From Patescibacteria group bacterium (GTDB taxonomy: Bacteria; Patescibacteriota; UBA1384; GWA2-35-9; JBASTP01), in the NCBI GenBank assembly GCA_049274945.1, contig JBASTP010000006.1, positions 96,529-160,528 of the forward strand: a stretch of 64,000 bases of DNA, in the 5' to 3' direction. Both the position numbers and the translations under genes were made by a program. The stretch's first letter is position 1. Every line of letters starts with the position of its first letter. The notes under the pieces are model-generated. The model searched no databases. It was given only the letters and a program-made list of their open reading frames with translations, and was not told where the DNA came from. Below, piece after piece: positions 52,429 to 60,226 of this stretch.

Positions 52429-53463
52429 CTACCGGAGGCTCATGTTATTAAAGAACACATACCTCCTGGTCGTCTTTTTTCCGTCTTCCTGCGTCTTGCC
52501 CTTGTCTTCAGCCTTGGGGGCCTTGGACTCGGGTGGAGCAGGCTTGCCGCCCTTCCCCTCCGCGCCGTTCTTTGGCGCTTCGGGCTTGGGGTTGTCGGCC
52601 TTCGGCTGATCTTTCTTCGGATCGGCCTTGGGTTTTTCATCGCTGCCGGCTTTCTCGGACGGCGGGGGGGGCACGGTGGTCTCGCCCGGTTGGGCGCTAC
52701 CACTGCCTCCCTTTGCCTTCGCTGAACCTCCGGTCGCGGAAATCGTGGCGCCCTTCAGGACATTCACGTATACTCCGCGATCGACGCTCGCCGCACCTTC
52801 CTGCCGTCCTTCGAGACGGGCGAGTTGGATGCGGAGCGCTTGGATAGCTTCCCGTGCTTGAGGATCGTGCTTTTCAGTGACTCGCACGATTCGCGCTTCG
52901 GGAGCTTTCGACGGGGCCAGCTTTCGAGCAACCCGATGATGGGCTGCTTTGGCCGGTGCCGGTCTGCGCGCAGTGGACGTCGTTGTGGCGGGAGGCGTTG
53001 CGGCGGGCTTTTCCGCGGCTTCTTTGACTTTCTTTTCTGCCGCTGCCCTCGCTTCCTCTGCCGTCTTCCTGGCCGTTTCTGCTGCCTCGAGCTTCTTCTC
53101 AAGCTCTTCGGCATGCTTCTTCGCGGCTTCGGCCTCTGCTTTCGCTTTGGCCGCCTCGTCCTCTGCCTTCGCCGGCGGACCCATCGGGTCGCCGACCTTG
53201 ACGTCGGGGGCCTTCGCGGGCTCGGGCGCCTTCGCAGGCGCCGTTTTGCCCTTGGCGTTGCCCCCCACGACGACGGCCGTGCCGTCGTCGGCCTCATGGC
53301 AGTGGACTGGGGTTAGGCTCAAAAGAGCCGCAACCACCACCACCACCATGGCCACCATCAGTCCAAAAAAAATTCTGTCTTCACTGTCTCGAAACAATTT
53401 ACTCACATCCTTTCCCCCTCTCGGGGATATTTTTGTGGTATTCCAGAGTAGTTCTCGCAACAA
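52429..53463 (-). CDS. hypothetical membrane-anchored low-complexity (Lys/Ala/Glu/Pro-rich) protein
   Basis: N-terminal TM anchor, then repetitive AKAKAEAEAAKK / PKADPKKDQPKADNPKPEAPK tracts. Confidence 0.4.
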   Translation of the reverse strand: MLRELLWNTTKISPRGGKDVSKLFRDSEDRIFFGLMVAMVVVVVAALLSLTPVHCHEADDGTAVVVGGNAKGKTAPAKAPEPAKAPDVKVGDPMGPPAKAEDEAAKAKAEAEAAKKHAEELEKKLEAAETARKTAEEARAAAEKKVKEAAEKPAATPPATTTSTARRPAPAKAAHHRVARKLAPSKAPEARIVRVTEKHDPQAREAIQALRIQLARLEGRQEGAASVDRGVYVNVLKGATISATGGSAKAKGGSGSAQPGETTVPPPPSEKAGSDEKPKADPKKDQPKADNPKPEAPKNGAEGKGGKPAPPESKAPKAEDKGKTQEDGKKTTRRYVFFNNMSLR

Positions 53464-53964
53464 GCGCTACCCTGGAACACCATCAAGGAACAGACACGCT
53501 AATAACGCCAGTATTCTGGCGCATACCTGCTACTCTGCAGGTCTTAACCTGTACGCTCCTTGATAGTGTCCAAGGTATCTACTCTGTACTACTCCTGTAA
53601 AAAATACACACCAGGTGTGGTAACAGGTACCACATCTGGTATTTGAGTAGTTTTTGTTGTCAATCTACACCCTCTCGTTTATTGAGGGGAGATTCTCCTA
53701 ATAGAGATCCCCCTCCCTAAACTTCAGGCTGTGCTAGCGCCTCGCTAGGTACCGAAGCCAAGGAGCGAACTCCTGGTGGCCCCAGTACTCAGCGGGCTAA
53801 CAAACCTTTCTTATTTTGTTAACAATGTATTATAGCATATTCTAGGCTAAAAGTCAATACCTCTAGCTGTCTGGCCCTGGCTACTGACTACTAATACCTG
53901 ACTACTATGTTTTGTCAACCGCAATACTGTACCACAAAATTGACAAAAAGTCAAGGGCTGAGAT

Positions 53965-54246
53965 ATGATATATGTAATGGCAGTGCGTATTCCTCTCAAA
54001 AAAGCCCAACAGGATTTTGACGCCGTGCTGGCGCTCGCTGAGCACGAGTATGTTGTGGTGGTAAACAAAAAGCAGCACTATCTCCTTACCAAAATTGGTG
54101 ATCGGGGACTAACCGACGAGCGCGCCGCCGAGCTTGGCCGCGCCGCCGAAGCAGAATATCGGGCCGGAAAAACTCGTTCATTTGCCTCGTTTATTCGTGC
54201 CCACTATCCAAAATATGCCAAACTCCTGGCAGCTAACGAGGGTTGA
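53965..54246 (+). CDS. Phd/YefM-like antitoxin
   Basis: VRIPLKKAQQDFDAVLALAEHEYVVVVNKKQHYLLTKI is a Phd/YefM N-terminal pattern. The palindromic operator-like TTTGTCAA-N21-TTGACAAA (~53926-53962) ends immediately 5' of the start. Confidence 0.5.
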   Translation: MIYVMAVRIPLKKAQQDFDAVLALAEHEYVVVVNKKQHYLLTKIGDRGLTDERAAELGRAAEAEYRAGKTRSFASFIRAHYPKYAKLLAANEG

Positions 54247-54457
54247 GTCCTCGCTGCAGAAAAAAACCGTCGAGCGCGTTGCTATGTTCCGCGACAATCC
54301 ATTTGATATTCGACTCAAAACGCATAAATTGACAGGTAAATTGAAGGGTGATTGGGCGTTCTCGGTGGATTATCACAATCGCGTGCGTTTCCGCATTCTT
54401 GATCAAACAATTGCACTGCTCATTGATGTGGGTTCGCACGATATTTACAAACATTAA
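54215..54457 (+). CDS. RelE/ParE-superfamily toxin (start uncertain)
   Basis: C-terminal KLKGDWAFSVDYHNRVRFRILDQTIALLIDVGSHDIYK matches the RelE/ParE core. The ATG at 54215 is chosen because it gives 80 aa and a 32-nt overlap with the antitoxin. The track ATG at 54134 would overlap 113 nt. Confidence 0.55.
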   Translation: MPNSWQLTRVESSLQKKTVERVAMFRDNPFDIRLKTHKLTGKLKGDWAFSVDYHNRVRFRILDQTIALLIDVGSHDIYKH

Positions 54458-54459
54458 CA

Positions 54460-55458
54460 ATGGCAGATATGGTAGTTTTGGGTTCAATAGGGATCGATAC
54501 GATCGAGACGCCATATGGCAAAGTGGTCGGTGGGTTGGGCGGTTCGGCGGTATATGCGGCATTAGCGGCCCTGAGCGTTAGTCGAAGGGCGGCGAAGGTG
54601 GCGCTTACTTCGGTGGTGGGCGATGATTTCCCGGATAAGCACCGCAAGTTCCTGCAGTCACAGGGCATTGCGCTCGACGGCCTGGTTACCGTGGACACTC
54701 CCACCTTCCGCTGGCACGGCCGCTACCAGTTCGATATGGGCGTGGCGGAGACTGTGAAAACAGATTTAGGTTCGCTCGCGTATGGAAAAGAGGTTATTAC
54801 GGGTTACCAGATGTTACTCGATTCGCCAACACCGGGAGTTGATAAAGGTGTAACGTCTGGATATAAACCTTCATTTCTCCTCCTCGCCAACTTTGACCCC
54901 GAAGTGCAACTCCAGATTATCCAAGCCAGCCCCCAGCCTCTCGCCCCTTTTGTTATTCTCGATACCATGAACTTTTGGATTAAAAACAAAAACGAAGCGC
55001 TGCGCGCCGCGATCCAGCACGTTGATGCGCTGGTGTTGAACGAGAACGAGGCGCGGGAGTTCTTTGGCACGCCAAATCTGGTGAAGGCGGGCCACGGCGC
55101 GCTCGAGTTAGGGCCGGAGTACGTGATTATCAAAAAAGGCGAGCACGGCAGCATGCTCTTTTCCGAACACGGGTTCTTTGCCGTGCCCGGCTATCCGTTA
55201 CTTTCACCGGTTGATCCCACCGGCGCCGGCGACAGCTTCGCCGGCAGTCTCGCGGGCGTGCTCGCCCGCGAGGGGTTTCATGGAACAGGTTTAAAGTTTA
55301 AGGGGGTTACATTCAACCACATGCGGAAAGCGGTCGTATATGCCACAGCGGTTTCAAGCTTCACCGTGGAGGGCATGGGGGTGTCGCGGCTGGCAGCACT
55401 CAAACCAGTGGAGATCAAGGAACGAGTCGAGGTATTCCAAAAGATGCGACAGTTCTGA
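54460..55458 (+). CDS. PfkB-family carbohydrate/nucleoside kinase (candidate adenosine kinase)
   Basis: PfkB signature DPTGAGDSFAGSLAGVLA and N-terminal GG motif (VGGLGGSAVYAA). The gene sits immediately upstream of ahcY, 12-nt gap. Confidence 0.7.
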   Translation: MADMVVLGSIGIDTIETPYGKVVGGLGGSAVYAALAALSVSRRAAKVALTSVVGDDFPDKHRKFLQSQGIALDGLVTVDTPTFRWHGRYQFDMGVAETVKTDLGSLAYGKEVITGYQMLLDSPTPGVDKGVTSGYKPSFLLLANFDPEVQLQIIQASPQPLAPFVILDTMNFWIKNKNEALRAAIQHVDALVLNENEAREFFGTPNLVKAGHGALELGPEYVIIKKGEHGSMLFSEHGFFAVPGYPLLSPVDPTGAGDSFAGSLAGVLAREGFHGTGLKFKGVTFNHMRKAVVYATAVSSFTVEGMGVSRLAALKPVEIKERVEVFQKMRQF

Positions 55459-55472
55459 TATACTCAACCTCT

Positions 55473-56786
55473 ATGTATAAGATCAAAGACATCAAACTTG
55501 CCCCGCAAGGTGAGAAAAATATCGCTTGGGCCGGGGAGCAGATGGGCGCGCTAGAGCGCCTTAAGGAAGAACTTGCCAAGACCAAGCCATTTAAGAATCT
55601 GGTGATCGGCTGCGTGCTCCACGCCACCAAGGAAACCGCCAACCTGGTACGCACCCTCGAGGCGGCGGGCGCCTACGTGGTGCTCGGGCCCTCAAATCCG
55701 CTGTCGACTCAAGACGACGTGGTGGCGGCGCTGGCAAAATCAGGCACACCGGTGTTTGGTTGGAAAGGCATGAACCGTAAGGAGTATTACGATGCCCTGC
55801 TCTCGGTTGTAAACCACTTAAAAACTCAAAGCCTTAACGCCTCAAAGCCTTCGATTGTCACGATCGATGACGGGCTCGATTTGGTTTCGCTCATCCATTC
55901 CAAATATACTGAACTTATCCCCCACATTATCGGCGGCGCCGAGGAAACCACCACCGGCGTGAACCGGCTGCAGGCCATGGAGGCCGATGGCGCGCTCCGG
56001 TACCCCATGGTGGCGGTCAACGAGAGCCGCACCAAGCACCTGATGGATAACTACATCGGCACCGGCCAATCGACGATCGACGGCATTCTGCGGGCCACCG
56101 GCGGCGTGCTCCTGGCTGGCAAGGTGTTTGTGGTGGCTGGCTTTGGCGAGTGCGGCAAAGGCGTGGCGGCGCGAGCCGATGGCATGGGAGCCCGCGTCGT
56201 GGTGGTTGAGGTTGATCCCTTCCGGGCGCTCCAGGCTACTATGGAGGGCTACGAGGTACTGAAGATGAGCGAGGCTGCCAAAGTTGGTGACATTTTTGTA
56301 ACGGTAACCGGCGGCAAGCACATTATTTCAGCCGAACATTTAGCGAACATGCCAGACGGTGCGATTGTCGCGAATTCTGGCCACTTTGATATTGAGATCG
56401 ACGTGGCCGGCTTGAAAAAGATGGCAAAGAAAATTGTCGAGATCCGTTCGCAACTCACCGAATATACCCTCAAAGCCTCAAAGACTCAAAGCCTCAAAGA
56501 CTCAAAGACTCAAAGACTCTATCTCCTCGGCGAAGGCCGGCTCGTTAACCTGGCGGCGGCCGAGGGCCACCCTTCAACCATTATGGCCATGAGTTTTGCC
56601 AATCAGACGCTGGCCGTTGATTTTCTCAACAGGAACCAGGGCAAGCTAGAACCAAAAGTATATGTTCTACCGAAAGAGGTTGACGATCGAATCGCCAAAC
56701 TTCAGCTTCAGGCCATGGGCATAATGATTGACGCGCAGAGTGATGAGCAAAAAAAGTACTCCGAGTCCTGGCAGGAAGGGACCTAG
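55473..56786 (+). CDS. ahcY: adenosylhomocysteinase (S-adenosyl-L-homocysteine hydrolase)
   Basis: Conserved N-terminus (IKDIKLAPQGEKNIAWAGEQM), NAD-binding GFGECGKGVAARADGMGARVVVVEVDP, and HFDIEIDV. Carries an in-frame repeat-encoded insertion (see repeat feature). Confidence 0.85.
   Translation: MYKIKDIKLAPQGEKNIAWAGEQMGALERLKEELAKTKPFKNLVIGCVLHATKETANLVRTLEAAGAYVVLGPSNPLSTQDDVVAALAKSGTPVFGWKGMNRKEYYDALLSVVNHLKTQSLNASKPSIVTIDDGLDLVSLIHSKYTELIPHIIGGAEETTTGVNRLQAMEADGALRYPMVAVNESRTKHLMDNYIGTGQSTIDGILRATGGVLLAGKVFVVAGFGECGKGVAARADGMGARVVVVEVDPFRALQATMEGYEVLKMSEAAKVGDIFVTVTGGKHIISAEHLANMPDGAIVANSGHFDIEIDVAGLKKMAKKIVEIRSQLTEYTLKASKTQSLKDSKTQRLYLLGEGRLVNLAAAEGHPSTIMAMSFANQTLAVDFLNRNQGKLEPKVYVLPKEVDDRIAKLQLQAMGIMIDAQSDEQKKYSESWQEGT
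56472..56519 (+). repeat. tandem 8-nt repeat (CAAAG[C/A]CT x6) inside ahcY
   Basis: tcAAAGCCTCAAAGACTCAAAGCCTCAAAGACTCAAAGACTCAAAGACTct encodes LKASKTQSLKDSKTQR. A related pair CTCAAAGCCT...CTCAAAGCCT sits at ~55828-55858 in the same gene. Confidence 0.7.
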
Positions 56787-59700
56787 GGCGCCGGCGCAGG
56801 AGGAGGAGTGGCAGGTGCAGGAGTTGGGGGTGCCGGTTTTTCTGTTAGTTCGTTAATCAGGGCGGCTTGGAAGAGCCGCAGCTGGTAGTATAGCCATTTT
56901 GGGCGGTCTTCCTGCCCCATTTCATACTCGGGCGGGTGGCCGACAATCATTGGCATGGTTTGGGTTGGGCTCACGCGCACATTGAGTACTCGGCGCTCTC
57001 GTTTGGTTGCACACTGGCGCCATAGGTCGGTTTCCTCCCACTGCGATTCAGGCACCTCGTCCAGATACTTGAACTTTTTCTTGATGTCCAGATATTCCTG
57101 GTCAGTCAACTCTCGTTTGGTCTGGCCGGTTTCATCCTTATAGTGATAGTCGAACCGCGGCATGGGCTTGTCTTCCTTTTGGATTGGGGTGAACTTTTTG
57201 AGCGCTTGTTCTACCTCGCCGCGGACGTTTTTAAGATGCTCGATCCTAATAGCCTCTGCGTCAGCATTATTTTCTGGCTCGGGCAGCTTAGTCTTGATTG
57301 GTTTAATATCAGCTAACCAATCCTCAAGATCCCACATCACATTCAGTAATACGCGTTTTTGTTCATAAAAGGTGCGGATTTTTGCAAAATCCTGAAAAAG
57401 CTTCTGGTAGTGGCGATTGTGGGCATTAGTGTAGGCAGGTTCGTCTTGCGGGTTTGCCACGGTCGGCCGCTGAAGTTTAAAAATAGTATCGGTTAGGGTG
57501 TGAAGATCGTCCGGGTCGTCCAATAATAATCGCTTGATTTCCTGCGGGTTTTTCTTGATTATGCGTTTGAGTTCGGCGTTAATTGCCAGCTGCTCAATGC
57601 CGTCTTTTTTATCATTCCCACCCTCAACCAATTTTTCCCTGAGGTTTGCCTCGCCGTGTTCAACCGTGGCAAGCTTTTTAGCGGTTTCTTCCGGGTCATC
57701 CTCGGCGCTCACGATTGGATTCTTGGCAACAATCTCATTCGCTGCCTCGGCATCCGCGTCGTACTTAGCCGCTTCTTGCCTTTGCTTCACGGCCGCGAGT
57801 TCTTTTTCTTTGAAAAAATGGATGTGGTGGAGGAATCGGTCATAGGCCGGGATCGGGGTACCGCCTTTGGCCTTGTGCGCTTCATATTCTTCAGCCTGTT
57901 TAGAATAGTGATCAACCGCGCGTTTTTGAGCAAGTTTAAAGTGCTCTGAAGAAAAGGGGTCGCGAATGTCACCAGAAGTTCCTACTTTGTATTTGATGCC
58001 ATGATATTCTAGTTTTGGATTGTTGATTAACTGACTCATCGCCACGAGCCGGGCGATCATGAGTACCTGGTCGGGGTCGAGTTTGAACCACCCTTGGCTT
58101 TTGTCCTCTTTGGATCGGTGAAAGTTGGCGGTTTGGCTGACCTGCTCGACAAAGTCTTTGTCCATTAAGTTGAGAAAATTGTTGGTTTCCTCTTGGTATT
58201 GGTCGCGGTGGCCCTGCCACCCTTTGAGCTTAAATGGTTCGTCATCAGGATTGCCAAAGGTTTCATCTATCTCAAACTGGCCCCGCGTGCCGTCAGCCCG
58301 CTCACATTCCATCCACTCGTAGGCCTCCTGGGCAACGGCCAGCAGATCACGCATTGATCGCTTATCAATTTCATCAAGCGCGGCCTCTTCCCAAACTTCC
58401 CGAGAAACCCGTTTGATCCGTCTCCGGCCGCCGGCAATGCGCGCTTGGATCGGCGCGTACTCGCCTGGCTTGGTGCCGTGGCGCTTGCCGACGTGCGAGA
58501 TCCGGAGACACTGCACGATGAAGCTGTATTTTTCGAGGGTGATCTCTTCACCGTTGGTTTTGCGGTAGAGCGGATCGAACTGGTAGAGGAACATGTGGTA
58601 AACCCACCAGCGCGAGTCGCCGGTGTGGGCCATCGATTTAATCAGGGTGCGTGCGCCGAACTCGTCGTGGTTTTCAAAGAAGGTTTTGAGCCGTTTGTGC
58701 CGGTCGGTAACGTGCTCGTCGCGGGCCAGCACTTTGCTGACTTCTTTGTCTTCGAACTCCACCAAGGTTCGTTCATACCAGTCGGTTTGTTTGTAGGGCA
58801 CCAGTTCTCGAAGCGCCATCAACATGCGCTCCGAGGCTTCTTCTCTGAAGGCGCTGATTTTTTGCATAAATTTGATCGATCGGCCCCACAACCCAATATA
58901 GTTATTGCCGGCGAACTCAAATTTGGTGTCGAGTTTTTCGGTCCTGGTGTCGGTGTTGAGTCGCTTACGGAGGTCATCGGACCCGGTCGCGGTTTTCAGA
59001 TTCTCGAACACTTTTTTGACTGCATTATAGCCTTCCGGTGCCAGGCGTTGACACTCGGTTGGGTCGGTTAAATAGAGCGCAACAAAATCTTTCCACTCCG
59101 GCGCCCGCTGCTCAAGCACCCGGACAGACCTGGTGTATTCTTTCCATGCGGTTGGTTCATGGAGCAGGGCGCCGACCATGCGTCCGAGCTGGAACATTAC
59201 CTTATCAACGCGGGGCACCTGCTTGCCGCCTTGTTTTTCTGTCATCAGCAGGCCCGGCCCGAATCGGAACACAATCTTACCTGTATCGGCTACTTTCAGC
59301 TCGTCGTCTTTGAGATCCGGGTCGTATTCGATCTTGCAGTGCTCCTCAAAGAAAGCGCGCAGGTGGGCCGGGATTACCCGTTTGATGAGGAGCCTGATTT
59401 CATCGTCGTCTAAAAATGGATCTTCGGCCCCCAGGCGCGCTTCGGCTGAGGTTTGAAACATTTCCCGAGTGAGTTTATCAAGCTCCTTTTGTTGGTCTTC
59501 TATGTCTTCGTCTGAAGCGTTGATTTGGCGGAGTCTCTCGAGCTTCGAAACTTCTTTGTCGTAGGCCTCCGTCTTTTCTTTGAGGATACGGTATTTCTCC
59601 ATTCGGTTTGGAGGGGTGAAGCCCTTGATTTCAACCTTAGGGGCGGTTTTCAGTTCTTCCTTAAACTCGTTGGAATGGCGATGGTATTTGATTTCTGCCA

Positions 59701-59917
59701 GTTTCTGCTTCCGGTCTGCTTCGTTGAGTGTTTGTCCTTTTTCTTGTTCAATCTTGCGAATCGCATCGCGTTGCGCGTGGATTTCTTTCATAAACCTACC
59801 AAACGCATTCATCGCGGTTTCACGCGAAGACTTACCCGCCACTCGCAGCGGTGATCGTTCTACCCAGGCGGGTTGATTTTCAGATTCTTCCTTGTGGGCT
59901 AACGCTCCTTGACTCAT
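56783..59917 (-). CDS. hypothetical large hydrophilic protein (1044 aa) with Pro-rich C-terminus
   Basis: No TM segments or catalytic motifs recognised. Lys/Glu-rich. C-terminal KPAPPTPAPATPPPAPAP. Last gene of the VirB6-like operon. Confidence 0.45.
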   Translation of the reverse strand: MSQGALAHKEESENQPAWVERSPLRVAGKSSRETAMNAFGRFMKEIHAQRDAIRKIEQEKGQTLNEADRKQKLAEIKYHRHSNEFKEELKTAPKVEIKGFTPPNRMEKYRILKEKTEAYDKEVSKLERLRQINASDEDIEDQQKELDKLTREMFQTSAEARLGAEDPFLDDDEIRLLIKRVIPAHLRAFFEEHCKIEYDPDLKDDELKVADTGKIVFRFGPGLLMTEKQGGKQVPRVDKVMFQLGRMVGALLHEPTAWKEYTRSVRVLEQRAPEWKDFVALYLTDPTECQRLAPEGYNAVKKVFENLKTATGSDDLRKRLNTDTRTEKLDTKFEFAGNNYIGLWGRSIKFMQKISAFREEASERMLMALRELVPYKQTDWYERTLVEFEDKEVSKVLARDEHVTDRHKRLKTFFENHDEFGARTLIKSMAHTGDSRWWVYHMFLYQFDPLYRKTNGEEITLEKYSFIVQCLRISHVGKRHGTKPGEYAPIQARIAGGRRRIKRVSREVWEEAALDEIDKRSMRDLLAVAQEAYEWMECERADGTRGQFEIDETFGNPDDEPFKLKGWQGHRDQYQEETNNFLNLMDKDFVEQVSQTANFHRSKEDKSQGWFKLDPDQVLMIARLVAMSQLINNPKLEYHGIKYKVGTSGDIRDPFSSEHFKLAQKRAVDHYSKQAEEYEAHKAKGGTPIPAYDRFLHHIHFFKEKELAAVKQRQEAAKYDADAEAANEIVAKNPIVSAEDDPEETAKKLATVEHGEANLREKLVEGGNDKKDGIEQLAINAELKRIIKKNPQEIKRLLLDDPDDLHTLTDTIFKLQRPTVANPQDEPAYTNAHNRHYQKLFQDFAKIRTFYEQKRVLLNVMWDLEDWLADIKPIKTKLPEPENNADAEAIRIEHLKNVRGEVEQALKKFTPIQKEDKPMPRFDYHYKDETGQTKRELTDQEYLDIKKKFKYLDEVPESQWEETDLWRQCATKRERRVLNVRVSPTQTMPMIVGHPPEYEMGQEDRPKWLYYQLRLFQAALINELTEKPAPPTPAPATPPPAPAP

Positions 59918-59953
59918 GATCGAGATCTACTCCTAGTATTAAAATATACCATA

Positions 59954-60226
59954 TTATTTCCTTTTTGTCAATTGACGGCTGTTTTTTGCGATATCGCCAG
60001 TTTCGAGAAATTCCTTAGCGACGTAGCGCGTGTATAGGATCCAATCGACTATGGGATTGATCGGTTCGAGTCCCGAGCTCGTCAGTTTTGGGGCAAGGCG
60101 TATACTGCGCAGCTGTTTCAGAACTTCTGGGGCCAAATCGGCAACCCGCTGCCCGAGGCTTTGTTCGAGGATTGGGGCAATCCGGTCAATCTTCTCAACT
60201 TCAGCGGTGATTGGGTGGAGTGCCAT
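59954..60226 (-). CDS. hypothetical small protein
   Basis: 90 aa. Its start abuts the stop of the VirB6-like gene with a 0-nt gap. Confidence 0.35.
   Translation of the reverse strand: MALHPITAEVEKIDRIAPILEQSLGQRVADLAPEVLKQLRSIRLAPKLTSSGLEPINPIVDWILYTRYVAKEFLETGDIAKNSRQLTKRK

Noticed and set aside
52533-53563. Plus-strand ORFs antisense to the K/A/E/P-rich gene (52533..52847, 52825..53316, 52949..53563)
   Set aside because: Low-complexity sequence yields open frames on both strands. The minus-strand gene has a TM anchor and a downstream terminator, so the antisense frames were discarded.
56466-56520. Possible CRISPR array
   Set aside because: Contiguous 8-nt units without spacers, inside a conserved CDS. 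No cas genes or spacer-repeat architecture anywhere in the window.
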